From a virus (taxonomy: Duplodnaviria; Heunggongvirae; Uroviricota; Caudoviricetes): a DNA stretch of 49,389 bases. Each line of letters starts with the position of its first letter. The first letter of the stretch is position 1. The translations under genes were made by a program, and so were the position numbers. The stretch lies in the IMG/VR virus record IMGVR_UViG_2851966386_000003, positions 1 to 49,389 of that record; one strand, 5' to 3'. The notes below the pieces were generated by a model that saw only the letters and a list, made by a program, of their open reading frames with translations, had not been told where the DNA came from and did not search any database. Below, in pieces: positions 27,844 through 37,848 of this stretch.

Positions 27844-28629
27844 ATGCTTATTCGTAACATGCTCATTAAATATTATTCGGCAGCTGGTGGTGAAGGTGGT
27901 GATGGCGGTGGCTCCGGTAGTGGTGCGCCCGAGATTACGCCGGAAATCCAAAAGCTGATCGATGAGCAGGTCAGTGCTCAGGTTTCAGGCCTGAAAAATA
28001 AAAATAGTGAGTTACTCGGTAAGCTCAAAGAGTCCACTGAGTCGCTTAAGCGTTTTGAAGGTATCGATCCTGACGCGGTGAAAACTATTCTCCAGCGTTT
28101 CTCTGATGATGAAGAGGCGCAACTGATCGCCGCCGGGAAAATTGACGAGGTACTGGATAAACGCACTGAGCGGCTACGTGCTGATGTTGATAAGCAAATC
28201 AAAGCCGCTAATGAACGCGCTGAAAAGGCGGAAGCGTTCTCCAACAAATTCCGTGATCGTGTCCTGGGTGATGCTATCCGCAGCGCAGCGCTTAAGGCTG
28301 GCGCGCTGCCAGAAGCATCCGACGATCTGATTCTTCGTGCTAAAGGCACATTCCAGCTCAACGACGAAGGCGAGGCCGTAGCAGTTGATGCAAATGGCGA
28401 TGTTCTGTTCGGTAAAGACGGCAAAACTCCGCTCACCCCGGTTGAGTGGGCTGAATCCCTGAAAGAGACGGCCCCGCACCTGTTCCCGCGCGCCGAAGGC
28501 TCCGGGGCTGGTGGTCATAAACCCGGTGGTGGTGGCGGTAGTCTGAAACGTTCAGAAATGAGCTCAAGCGACAAAGCGGACTACATCCGCAAACATGGCC
28601 AGCAGGCCTATCTCAAATTGCCTAAGTAA
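27844..28629 (+). CDS. Scaffolding protein (putative)
   Basis: Gly-rich ends, charged coiled-coil-like middle; immediately upstream of major capsid gene. Confidence 0.55.
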   Translation: MLIRNMLIKYYSAAGGEGGDGGGSGSGAPEITPEIQKLIDEQVSAQVSGLKNKNSELLGKLKESTESLKRFEGIDPDAVKTILQRFSDDEEAQLIAAGKIDEVLDKRTERLRADVDKQIKAANERAEKAEAFSNKFRDRVLGDAIRSAALKAGALPEASDDLILRAKGTFQLNDEGEAVAVDANGDVLFGKDGKTPLTPVEWAESLKETAPHLFPRAEGSGAGGHKPGGGGGSLKRSEMSSSDKADYIRKHGQQAYLKLPK

Positions 28630-28639
28630 GGACTAATCA

Positions 28640-29593
28640 ATGTCTACGACCGTAAACAACGACCTGATTATCTATGATGACCTCGCGCAGACTGCGTTTC
28701 TTGAGCGTCGCCAGGATAATCTGGAAGTCTTCAACGCCGCTTCAAACGGCGCAATCATTCTCGACAACGAACTGATCGAGGGTGATTTTCGCAAGCGCAC
28801 CTTTTATAAAGTTGGTGGCTCTATCGAATCGCGCGACGTTAACTCCACCGACACGGTAACGAGTAAAAAAATCGGTGCCGGCGAATCTGTCAGCGTCAAG
28901 GCACCATGGAAATACGGCCCGTATGAAACCACTGAGGAGGCGTTTAAACGTCGGGGTCGCGACGTTAGCGAATTCTCCGAGGTGATCGGCGTCGACGTCG
29001 CTGATGCGACGCTTGAAGGTTATATCAAGTATGCCCTTCAGGGACTGGTTGCAGCCATTGGCGCAAATGCTGACATGACGGTATCCGCGGATATTGCCAC
29101 TGATGGTAAGAAAACGCTGACCCGTGGCCTGCGTAAATACGGCGATAAATTTAACCGTGTTGCGCTGTTCGTTATGCATTCCACGACCTATTTCGACATT
29201 GTTGATCAGGCTATCGACAACAAAATTTACGAAGAAGCTGGCGTGGTGGTTTATGGCGGACAGCCAGGCACGCTGGGTAAACCGGTGCTGGTAACTGACA
29301 CCATGCCGGTTGACGCGATTCTTGGTCTGGTGGCTGGTGCGGTATCCGTAACAGAATCACAGGCTCCGGGCTTCCGTTCCTACGATATCAACAACCAGGA
29401 AAACCTTGCCATTGGTTATCGCGCAGAGGGTACGGTTAACGTTGAACTGCTGGGTTACAGCTGGGATGAAACGAAGGGCGCTAACCCTGACCTGACCAAA
29501 ATCGGCACTGGCGCGAACTGGAAGAAACATTTCACTAGTAACAAATCCACTGCAGGCGTACTGATTAAGCTGGAAGCCCCTGCGGGGGAGTAA
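28640..29593 (+). CDS. Major capsid protein (putative)
   Basis: 317-aa ORF after scaffold-like gene. Confidence 0.65.
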   Translation: MSTTVNNDLIIYDDLAQTAFLERRQDNLEVFNAASNGAIILDNELIEGDFRKRTFYKVGGSIESRDVNSTDTVTSKKIGAGESVSVKAPWKYGPYETTEEAFKRRGRDVSEFSEVIGVDVADATLEGYIKYALQGLVAAIGANADMTVSADIATDGKKTLTRGLRKYGDKFNRVALFVMHSTTYFDIVDQAIDNKIYEEAGVVVYGGQPGTLGKPVLVTDTMPVDAILGLVAGAVSVTESQAPGFRSYDINNQENLAIGYRAEGTVNVELLGYSWDETKGANPDLTKIGTGANWKKHFTSNKSTAGVLIKLEAPAGE

Positions 29594-29601
29594 CCCTGTC
29601 A

Positions 29602-29874
29602 GTGGATAAAACTTCCGCAACTGCTGACAGTACCGACGCGGTGACCGTTTCGCTCAAGTACACCAGAAATGGTGCCGGAGTCTCCGGGGCAGCTGTGGCG
29701 TGGACGTCTACTGGCGGCACGCTAAGTGCTTCGACGTCACAGACAGGGTCTGCTGGTGGCTCGACCGTGAAACTCACCTCTGATACGGCCGGCTCCTTCA
29801 CGGTGACGGCTACCGTTGACGGCGTGGTGAAAACAACTGAAGCGATCGCGTTCACTGCTCCAGCGGATGGTTAA
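29602..29874 (+). CDS. Ig-like domain protein (head decoration, or capsid extension via -1 frame)
   Basis: Thr/Ser-rich beta-strand pattern typical of Ig-like domains; GTG start 11 nt after GGGGGAG; open frame extends upstream to 29569 in -1 frame relative to capsid. Confidence 0.45.
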   Translation: MDKTSATADSTDAVTVSLKYTRNGAGVSGAAVAWTSTGGTLSASTSQTGSAGGSTVKLTSDTAGSFTVTATVDGVVKTTEAIAFTAPADG

Positions 29875-29914
29875 CTGACGGGGCGAAAGCCCCGTTTCTT
29901 TTGGTGAGGATCCG

Positions 29915-30310
29915 ATGACCGTTTATATAACAATCCAGGACGTTGACGGGTTGCTGGGGGATACCTGGGCTGCTGCTGACAAAAAGGGTAAAGCCGTGCT
30001 ACAGGCAAATACCTGGATGACGGCGCTGAACCTTCAGGATATCGAGCAGGAGGATATCCCCGAAGAAGTTAAGCAGGCCGGAGCGTTTATCGCTTCCGTA
30101 GCCGCTGCAGGCAATCTGTATCAGCAAAAAACAGATTCCGGCGTGGTGACGAGCAAAAGCGTTGAGGCCGATGATGTGAAGGTTTCCCGCACTTTTGCCG
30201 AGCTCTCAACCACCAGCACTGAATTACTCGATCCTGATTTGCAGCTGGCGCTGGATATGCTCAAACCGTGGATGATTAACCCTTTCCAGACGTTCTTTGT
30301 GAGGGCGTGA
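29915..30310 (+). CDS. Head-tail connector/adaptor protein (putative)
   Basis: Position between capsid and tail genes. Confidence 0.4.
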   Translation: MTVYITIQDVDGLLGDTWAAADKKGKAVLQANTWMTALNLQDIEQEDIPEEVKQAGAFIASVAAAGNLYQQKTDSGVVTSKSVEADDVKVSRTFAELSTTSTELLDPDLQLALDMLKPWMINPFQTFFVRA

Positions 30311-30311
30311 T

Positions 30312-30695
30312 ATGGGAATTCGTGACGAGCTACAAACCGAAGTTGCCGCGGCGTTCGATACCGACCTGCAGGATGCCGTTAAGGATTTCACTGGGTCATA
30401 CACCGTTCGGGGTGCCTGGGATCCGGTGACGGAAACCGGCACTGAAACGCAGGTGACTTACTCGGGGCGTGGAGTGCTGGCGCGCTATAAACTGCGCCGT
30501 ATCGATGGCGTTAACATTCTGCATGGTGATGTGAAGCTAACCGCCCTGGTTAACGAGGTGACTGATAAGCCGGCCGTCGGGCATATCATCACCGCACCGG
30601 ATCCGATTACGGGTGAGCTTCAGCGCTACGAGGTCATCACTGCCGCTGCTGATTCTGCCGGTGCTGCGTACTCCATCCAGTTACGGAGGGCATGA
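30312..30695 (+). CDS. Head closure / neck protein (putative)
   Basis: Position; coupled to flanking genes. Confidence 0.4.
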   Translation: MGIRDELQTEVAAAFDTDLQDAVKDFTGSYTVRGAWDPVTETGTETQVTYSGRGVLARYKLRRIDGVNILHGDVKLTALVNEVTDKPAVGHIITAPDPITGELQRYEVITAAADSAGAAYSIQLRRA

Positions 30696-30696
30696 T

Positions 30697-31248
30697 ATGG
30701 CAAAGGGTTGGAATATTGATCCGTCAGCATTCGCCGGGCTGGTGGCCGACGATGTGAGGTTAAGTCAACGAACGATCGCCACAGAGCTGCTGAATGAAAT
30801 TGTTCAACGGTCGCCGGTAGGAAACCCGGAGCTGTGGGCCATCAACGCGACCGCGGTTCAATACAACAAAGCTGTTGGGGAATGGAACGAATCTCTTTAT
30901 GCCGATCCTGCTAACCTGACCAAAACCGGAAGGCTCAGGAAGAAAGTCCGTGTTAATGACAGCATGGATATCAGGCAGCCGGCTGAGTATCGCGCAGGAA
31001 CCTTCAGGGCATCGCATTTTGTTAGCATCGGCGAACCCGATCACTCCGTCCCGACCGAACCGGATCCCCGCGGGACAATGACGTTTCTTAATGGCAAAAA
31101 TATCATTGACCAGGCGCCAGCCTACTCGGTGATTTACATCCAGTCGAATCTGCCTTACTCCGTGCCCCTGGAGAATGGTCACTCAACGCAGGCGCCGACA
31201 GGCGTCTATGCCGTCTCGTTTAATGGTGTGATTCAGGCCTACAAATGA
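30697..31248 (+). CDS. Neck / tail completion protein (putative)
   Basis: Internal ATG 30697 six nt after GGAGGG, coupled to previous stop. Confidence 0.45.
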   Translation: MAKGWNIDPSAFAGLVADDVRLSQRTIATELLNEIVQRSPVGNPELWAINATAVQYNKAVGEWNESLYADPANLTKTGRLRKKVRVNDSMDIRQPAEYRAGTFRASHFVSIGEPDHSVPTEPDPRGTMTFLNGKNIIDQAPAYSVIYIQSNLPYSVPLENGHSTQAPTGVYAVSFNGVIQAYK

Positions 31249-31637
31249 CCTTCACAGAAATCAGAAACGCTGTCATTTCCCGAATGGCGGCACAGACCGC
31301 TATTGCCTCTGATGCGGTGGATTATCCCAATGGTCCGGTATTTGATCCCAGTAACCGCGATATCTGGGCCCGCCTCACCAACATTGCAGGACAGGCTGGC
31401 GCAACCGAGATCGGGGACGGGCCGGTCGTCCACAGGACGGGCTTACTCATCATTCAGCTGTTTGTACCGGTCGGTTCCGGGACGTTGCTTATCTCCCGAA
31501 CGGCCGATCAGCTAACGGAGCTATTCGAGTTTAAGGACGACGGGAAGCTGAGTTATTTCGCCGTTTCTGCTGTGCCGGCAGGTGAGACCGATGGCTGGTT
31601 ACAGCTCAATCTTCAAATTCCTTATCGCGCTCTGTAG
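31245..31637 (+). CDS. Tail terminator / tail completion protein (putative)
   Basis: Position directly upstream of major tail gene; ATGA overlap. Confidence 0.45.
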   Translation: MTFTEIRNAVISRMAAQTAIASDAVDYPNGPVFDPSNRDIWARLTNIAGQAGATEIGDGPVVHRTGLLIIQLFVPVGSGTLLISRTADQLTELFEFKDDGKLSYFAVSAVPAGETDGWLQLNLQIPYRAL

Positions 31638-31660
31638 CGCACAAAAAACAGGAGGCTCCT

Positions 31661-32833
31661 GTGAGCTCAGGTGCAAAAGTAGTAGCCGCGTTTATTCGTG
31701 AGACAACGCCAGGTATCACGCCAACAGCAGGGGCGTGGAACCTGCTGCGGCGTTCTTCATTTGGTCTGAAACCAACGCAGAACACCAACGACAATGACGA
31801 AATCGCGGGTGACCGCATGGCGCAGGGTGTTTCACGCGGCACAGTGGATGTCGGGGGTGATGTCGGCACGCGGTTTCGCTGGAATCAGCATGACGATTTT
31901 CTTGCCAGCTGTTTCGGCGCCGAATGGGTAAATAACGTGCTGACGATGGGTAATGGTCGTATTACGTTCTCCGTGGCGACCTTTGCCAGTGATGTGGGGA
32001 TCGCCCAGATTGCCCGCGGTTGCCAGGTTGGTACCTTCCAGATGGAAATCCCGGCCGATGGTGATATCACTGCAACCATTACGTTTGCAGGGCTGGACTG
32101 GGAGACGAAGGGGGACGATACCAGCTATTTCACCACGCCGGTTGATTTGGCGGGGGAGCTGCGTTACTCCTTCAAGGAGGTCACGAATATCCGGCTGAAT
32201 GGTGTTGATGGCGGGACAGGTTTCTGCGTCGACACTTTTAACATCCAGTTCAACAACAATATGCAGACTCAGCGCTGCATCGGTACCGGTTCGGCGTTCG
32301 CCGGCGCAAACATTCCGACAACCTTTACCCCGTCAGGTCAAATCACGCTGTCATGGTCAAAGGCTGCATGGGAGGTTTACAAAAAAACGTTCACCGGCGA
32401 AACGGTGCCGTTTAGCTTCACCCTGGAGAATGCTGAAGGCGCCTATACCTTCGATTTCCCGGAAGTGCAGATCTCCGGCGACTGGCCGGATGCGGGGAGC
32501 ACTGACATTGTTCAGGTTCAGCTGGATATCACCGCGGCCAATACTCCGCCAACTATCACCCGCGTCCCCAAAGTGCCGGCGACGGCAATCAGTGTTGCGC
32601 CAGCCACTTCAACTGGAGCAGTGGGATCTACTGTGACGTTAACCGCCACGCTTACGCCAGCTGATTCAACTGATACCGTCCAGTGGACGTCATCGGATCC
32701 GACTATCGCCAGCGTGGTTTCTACCGGGCAGAAAACAGCGAAAGCCACACGTAACGCAGCCGGCACTGCAACAATCACCGGTAAGGCCCGCACCTTTACG
32801 GCAACGTCTGAAATCACCGTTACCGCGCCTTAA
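31661..32833 (+). CDS. Major tail (tube) protein with C-terminal Ig-like domain
   Basis: 390-aa product; C-terminal ~90 aa Thr/Ala/Ser-rich Ig-like region; followed by chaperone G/GT. Confidence 0.7.
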   Translation: MSSGAKVVAAFIRETTPGITPTAGAWNLLRRSSFGLKPTQNTNDNDEIAGDRMAQGVSRGTVDVGGDVGTRFRWNQHDDFLASCFGAEWVNNVLTMGNGRITFSVATFASDVGIAQIARGCQVGTFQMEIPADGDITATITFAGLDWETKGDDTSYFTTPVDLAGELRYSFKEVTNIRLNGVDGGTGFCVDTFNIQFNNNMQTQRCIGTGSAFAGANIPTTFTPSGQITLSWSKAAWEVYKKTFTGETVPFSFTLENAEGAYTFDFPEVQISGDWPDAGSTDIVQVQLDITAANTPPTITRVPKVPATAISVAPATSTGAVGSTVTLTATLTPADSTDTVQWTSSDPTIASVVSTGQKTAKATRNAAGTATITGKARTFTATSEITVTAP

Positions 32834-32886
32834 TTTACCTGGCCCGTTCTGCAGTCATCGCGGATCGGGCTTTTTTGGGAGTCTTT

Positions 32887-33369
32887 ATGCTGATTATTTC
32901 TTCTCAAATTGATTTGAACGGAGAACGCTGGTTTTTCCCTTACAAAAAGCCGGCAGGCAGTAAAAAGAAATTCACGCCGGAAGACGAGGCGCTATTTAAA
33001 CTCCGTCTGCTGGTGGCCAGTAGCGAGAATCCGCAATACCGCTCACGCAATGCGCTGGTGCGGCGCCATATCGACAAAATGGACGCGAGCTACCAGGTCG
33101 GTACGGATGCTTTCGATCTCGCCAGTGTGGGAGAGATTGACTCGGTTGATGATCTTCTCATCGACAATTGCGCGCGCTTTCTTCTGAGAGACTGGGAAGG
33201 CGTGGGGGAGCTGGTGGATGGTACGGAGACGGCGGTAACTTACACGCCGGAGCGTGGTGTTGCGTTACTGAAGCAAAACCCCTCTCTGTACTGGCTTATT
33301 CTGGCTGAGGCGGCGGACATTGCTCAGGGTAAGGAGCAGCAGACTCAGGAAACCGTAAAAAAGCCATAG
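32887..33369 (+). CDS. Tail assembly chaperone (gpG-like)
   Basis: Position between major tail and tape measure; ends at slippery AAAAAAG; GGGAG SD. Confidence 0.65.
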   Translation: MLIISSQIDLNGERWFFPYKKPAGSKKKFTPEDEALFKLRLLVASSENPQYRSRNALVRRHIDKMDASYQVGTDAFDLASVGEIDSVDDLLIDNCARFLLRDWEGVGELVDGTETAVTYTPERGVALLKQNPSLYWLILAEAADIAQGKEQQTQETVKKP

Positions 33370-33704
33370 AGGCCCAAAAGTGGCTAAAGGAATTCGCCGG
33401 CGAGCAGGGCGAGAAAGCAAAGTGGCGCAGGGAGAAACTAAATCTCTCGCCCATTCCGGAGCCTGAAATCGATGCAGTCACTGGGGAGATCCTCAACGCT
33501 TACGCCATGATATCGCGCGGCAGGAAATATGCTGGCATGGCCGGAGTGCCGCTCCCTCTATCCCTGAACGATATCGAGCTTTACCTGGCATCGCGCACCA
33601 TCCTGATCGACCGCATTGAGTTTGACGCAGCGATACTGGCCCTCGATGATGCCTGGAGGGATGAGTGGGCCGAAGAGCAGAAAAGACAGGCGAAAGTGAA
33701 GTAG
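33363..33704 (+). CDS. -1 frame extension of tail assembly chaperone (T portion of G-T fusion)
   Basis: Slippery heptamer A-AAA-AAG at 33357-33363; -1 frame open without stop from 33363 to 33704. Confidence 0.6.
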   Translation, partial: AIEAQKWLKEFAGEQGEKAKWRREKLNLSPIPEPEIDAVTGEILNAYAMISRGRKYAGMAGVPLPLSLNDIELYLASRTILIDRIEFDAAILALDDAWRDEWAEEQKRQAKVK

Positions 33705-33771
33705 TCATATCATTGTCTCCATCTATTCCTGTGCTAACCTGTGTGCAAATGTTAATGATGGGGATGGGGAT

Positions 33772-34134
33772 GTGGAACCGCTTTTAGGTTTTATGCTTTT
33801 TGGGCTAGCAGTTATTGTTGTAGCAGTTATTGCTGCAAAACGAAATGGGATAGGTATTGCGTTCCTTTACCTTATTGGTATGTGCGCTATAGGCTTCGGC
33901 TTGGTCGTTTTAGCATCAAATATCACAAATGGAAACGGCGTTATCGCTGGTTTTACTGCATTTATTGCGCCGATTCTTGGTCTTCTTATTGTCTTATCAT
34001 CGTCTACATCTGAACGCCGAGCAGTGCTTAATGGTGAGTCTGGTGAGTATAAAAAATGTCCTTTCTGCGCCGAGCCTATCCGCAAAGAGGCCATTAAATG
34101 TAAACACTGTGGAAGTGATATTGAACAGACCTGA
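33772..34134 (+). CDS. Membrane protein with C-terminal zinc-ribbon (moron)
   Basis: Three hydrophobic helices then CPFCAEPI...CKHCGSD; own terminator; start uncertain (GTG 33772 or ATG 33793). Confidence 0.5.
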   Translation: MEPLLGFMLFGLAVIVVAVIAAKRNGIGIAFLYLIGMCAIGFGLVVLASNITNGNGVIAGFTAFIAPILGLLIVLSSSTSERRAVLNGESGEYKKCPFCAEPIRKEAIKCKHCGSDIEQT

Positions 34135-34189
34135 GTATTACCAGTGAACCCGTTTCGATAATATAACTTTCAAGATATTGTATTCGTAA

Positions 34190-34217
34190 AAAAACCTCGC
34201 TACGGCGGGGTTTTTTA
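34190..34217 (+). terminator. Rho-independent terminator
   Basis: cctcgc tacg gcgggg followed by ttttttatt. Confidence 0.6.
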
Positions 34218-34235
34218 TTGCCCGGAGATAGCTAA

Positions 34236-37115
34236 ATGACAGAACAAACCTCCCGCCTGGCCATTGTGATTGATAGCTCCGGGGCAGAAAAGCAGGCTGA
34301 CAATCTCGCAACTGCACTGGTAAAAATGACGCAGGCAGGCGAACGTGCTGTTACCAGTGCAGGGAAAGTGACAAAAGCTACTGATGAAGAAAAACAGTCT
34401 CTTTCTGAACTCTTAGATCGAATTGACCCGGTAAACGCAGCTCTGAATAAACTGGATAAACAACAGCAAGATCTTGCGAAATTCAAATCAAAGGGGATGG
34501 TAGATATCGATACATTCGATCTTTATTCAAAGAAAATCGAGGAAACACGAAACAGGCTAACTGGATTTCGCGACGACCTTGGCAAAACCGGACAATCTGC
34601 CGCACAGACTGCCTTTGCCATGCGCATGATCCCAGCGCAGATGACTGACATTATTGTCGGCTTATCTACGGGGCAGTCGCCGTTTATGGTGCTTATGCAG
34701 CAGGGCGGGCAGTTGAAAGATATGTTCGGCGGTATTGGCCCCGCGATTAAAGGTGTTGGCGGGTATGTGCTGGGGTTGATTAATCCTGTCACTCTGGCTG
34801 CCGCGGCTGTCGGTGTTCTTGGGCTGGCCTATTACAAAGGCTCTCAGGAGCAAGGCGAGTTCTATAAGTCATTGACCCTTAACGGTAATCTGGTTGGTAA
34901 AACCACCGGGCAACTAGCAGATATGGCCGCTCGGGTTTCAGTAGTTGCCAACTCAACTACTGGCGTGACCGCAGCCACACTTAACCAGATAGTTTCATCC
35001 GGGAAAGTGGCTGCAGAGTCATTGGAACGAGTAACAACTGCCGTGGTTGAAATCAGTGAAGCCACAGGCATCGCCACTGAAAAGCTGGTGGGTGATTTCA
35101 ACGACATTGCTGCTGACCCGGTTGCGGCCATTACAAAACTTAACGACCAGTACCACTTTCTGACACTGGCAACCTACAACCAGATTAAAGCACTGCAGGA
35201 TGAAGGTAATCAGCAGGATGCTGCACGGGTGGCTACTGATGCTTACGCCAATGCCATGCAGCAGCGTGCGAACGATATTCATCAGAATTTGGGGATTCTT
35301 GAACGTGCTTGGGACTCGCTTGCTAAAACGGCTAAAGGAGCATGGGATGCCATGCTTGATATAGGTCGCGAGCAAACCGGCACCGAGCGGATCTCTCAAA
35401 TTCGTAAGGAATTAGATTGGATAGATAAGGCTGCAGGCGGGAAGCTATTTTTTGGTGGAAGAAAGGCTGAGCTCGAAGATGAGCTAAATAATCTGCAATC
35501 TCAAATCACAACAGAAGGCGTTTTAACTGAAATAATCAGTAGTCATGACAAAGCTGAACAGCAAAGAATTAAAACGCAGCAGGAAGCAGATCGCGTTAAC
35601 CAGCAATATCTGAGCAATGCGGATAAGCGCAATAAAGCCATTAAGCAGCAAAGCGAGTTCCTGAAGGCAGGCGCAATTACTGCAGAGCAATATTCAAAAA
35701 ATGTTTCTCGTATTAACGAGATGTACAAAGATCCGAAACCACCCAAGACGCCAAAGAGTAAAGCATATACCGAGGACGCAGCAACCCGGCTGCTTGATCA
35801 GATAAACCAGCAGACTGCTGCTATGCAGTCCCAGCTGGATGCCAGTGACAAGCTTAACAGCTCGACACAGGCGCGGATTAAGTTCGAACAGCAAATTGCT
35901 GACCTCAAGTCTAAAACGCAGCTCACCGCTGACCAGAAGTCGATCCTTTCCCGTTCAGATGAAATCCTCCAGGCATATAAGCAGCAGGAGGCACTGCAAA
36001 ATTCCGTAAAAACCCTGGACGATTACCGCAAGATGCAGGAACAGGTAAAGACGAAAGATAAGCGGACCAACGATCTGCTTAAAACCCGTCTTGAACTGCT
36101 GGAGAAGGCCAAAGCAACCGGGCAACTTAAACCCGGTGAATATGCAAAAACGCGGGCAGATATTTATCAAAACACCGATATGCAACTGCCCTCGACGGTT
36201 CGTAATGTTGTAGGAAACCTGACACCCACAGGAGGGCGACTCTCTGGAACTTTTGAGGGGATGCAGGGGCAAATCAACGAATATGATCAGGCTCAGCAAG
36301 AGCTCCAGCGCTGGCTGGCAGCTCAGGAGGAAGCTTATGCGAAGGCCGGTGAAATAACTGCCGAGGGTGAGGCCAGAATGACCTCTATTCGTCAACGTGC
36401 GGCGGATGCAAATCAGGTCATAGAGGCTCAGAAAAACACCATCATATCTGCGGCCACGCAGTCCTTGTTTGATAGCACCGCCGAAATCATGCGAACGGGG
36501 TTTGGTGAGCAATCGGCAATCTACAAGGTCGCTTTTGCTGCGAGCAAGGCATTCGCTATCGCGGACTCGATGGTGAAAATCCAGCAGGCTATAGCAAGCG
36601 GTGCAGTAAGCGCGCCTTATCCGGCCAACATCATCGCTATGGCCTCAATCGCTGCGCAGACTGCCAGTATCGTCTCAAATATCCAGGCTGTTTCAGGAGT
36701 TGGCTTCGCCTCCGGCGGTTACACCGGCCCCGGTGGTAAGTATCAGCCCGCGGGTATTGTTCACAAAGGTGAGTACGTCTTCGACCAGGCTTCAACGAAC
36801 CGGATCGGCGTGTCTCAGCTTGAGGCACTTCGAAATGGCCAACCGCTTGATGCAACTCTGGGGCGTACAGGGTTTGGTACTGGTGTTCAGAACGTTAACA
36901 GCGATAACCGTAGGCAAACAACTGTACACGCGCCGATTAATCAGGAGTTTCATCTCCAGGGTATTACTCCGGAGCAGTTGAGCGCTACACTCAATCAGAA
37001 TAATCGACTGCTTTCCAGGCAGTTAAAAGGTGAACTCACAAAGGAGGTTACCATGCCACAAGGGGCTTTTGGTAACGCTCTAAAAGGAAACTATACACGA
37101 CACGGTCCTAGGTAA
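34236..37115 (+). CDS. Tail tape measure protein
   Basis: 959-aa coiled-coil-rich product in canonical position after G/GT. Confidence 0.85.
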   Translation: MTEQTSRLAIVIDSSGAEKQADNLATALVKMTQAGERAVTSAGKVTKATDEEKQSLSELLDRIDPVNAALNKLDKQQQDLAKFKSKGMVDIDTFDLYSKKIEETRNRLTGFRDDLGKTGQSAAQTAFAMRMIPAQMTDIIVGLSTGQSPFMVLMQQGGQLKDMFGGIGPAIKGVGGYVLGLINPVTLAAAAVGVLGLAYYKGSQEQGEFYKSLTLNGNLVGKTTGQLADMAARVSVVANSTTGVTAATLNQIVSSGKVAAESLERVTTAVVEISEATGIATEKLVGDFNDIAADPVAAITKLNDQYHFLTLATYNQIKALQDEGNQQDAARVATDAYANAMQQRANDIHQNLGILERAWDSLAKTAKGAWDAMLDIGREQTGTERISQIRKELDWIDKAAGGKLFFGGRKAELEDELNNLQSQITTEGVLTEIISSHDKAEQQRIKTQQEADRVNQQYLSNADKRNKAIKQQSEFLKAGAITAEQYSKNVSRINEMYKDPKPPKTPKSKAYTEDAATRLLDQINQQTAAMQSQLDASDKLNSSTQARIKFEQQIADLKSKTQLTADQKSILSRSDEILQAYKQQEALQNSVKTLDDYRKMQEQVKTKDKRTNDLLKTRLELLEKAKATGQLKPGEYAKTRADIYQNTDMQLPSTVRNVVGNLTPTGGRLSGTFEGMQGQINEYDQAQQELQRWLAAQEEAYAKAGEITAEGEARMTSIRQRAADANQVIEAQKNTIISAATQSLFDSTAEIMRTGFGEQSAIYKVAFAASKAFAIADSMVKIQQAIASGAVSAPYPANIIAMASIAAQTASIVSNIQAVSGVGFASGGYTGPGGKYQPAGIVHKGEYVFDQASTNRIGVSQLEALRNGQPLDATLGRTGFGTGVQNVNSDNRRQTTVHAPINQEFHLQGITPEQLSATLNQNNRLLSRQLKGELTKEVTMPQGAFGNALKGNYTRHGPR

Positions 37116-37198
37116 GCTAAACTGCATTAGCTGAGACTTGATTAGGTAGGTAAGTCTAACAATCTGAGTAGGTGCAAGAAAACACAAGGATCTTATTA

Positions 37199-37534
37199 AT
37201 GGAAGCGTTGTTAACATTTACATTTAAAGACTTTATAGCTTTTATGATTCCTCTTTTTATTGGCGGACTTATCTTCAATAGGAGACGTAAACGTAAGGAG
37301 GTCCGAGTGAAGTTTTCATTTCTTTGGCTTGTTTTGATAGTCGGTGGAATTCTTGAAATATGCGATGATATCTACACAACTTATTCCTATAGGCATAATC
37401 ACTTATATAATAATGATACGCTTACAACCGTGTTTAACTATGATTTTGCAAAAATTGTTTTTTGTGGGGTTTTGATTTTTGTTTCTATTGCGCTTCTTCT
37501 TCAGGAGTTGCTTTTAAATAAGCAGTCACATTGA
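37199..37534 (+). CDS. AT-rich small membrane protein (moron)
   Basis: ATG 37199 eight nt after AAGGA; three hydrophobic helices; followed by ~310-bp AT-rich non-coding tract. Confidence 0.45.
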   Translation: MEALLTFTFKDFIAFMIPLFIGGLIFNRRRKRKEVRVKFSFLWLVLIVGGILEICDDIYTTYSYRHNHLYNNDTLTTVFNYDFAKIVFCGVLIFVSIALLLQELLLNKQSH

Positions 37535-37848
37535 CGAATATTGCCTGTCGGCACATTGCCCTTTTTTATTTTGATATGGGGCTGTGCCGAAACAATGTAA
37601 GCTCAAATTAAAGTCAATAAAATTAGTGTATTGATAATGCTGTGTTTTTGATTTCTTTTAGCTCTTGAGATGAGTTGATAAATATATCGCCTTGTGTGTT
37701 TGTGTCGGTTTAAAAAGATTTTTATCTTCGTTAATCTGAACCAAAAAAATCAGAGTTTTCTTCGATTCCATAGTGCTTTATTCTGAAATGAATACCCTCC
37801 TGAGGTTAATGGTGAAATTTTATTCGAGATACTTTACCGGGAGACTGC

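Noticed and set aside
34232-36512. Minus-strand and off-frame ORFs inside the tape measure gene (34232..34486, 35955..36512 and others)
   Set aside because: Within the 959-aa tape-measure frame; no independent start signals.
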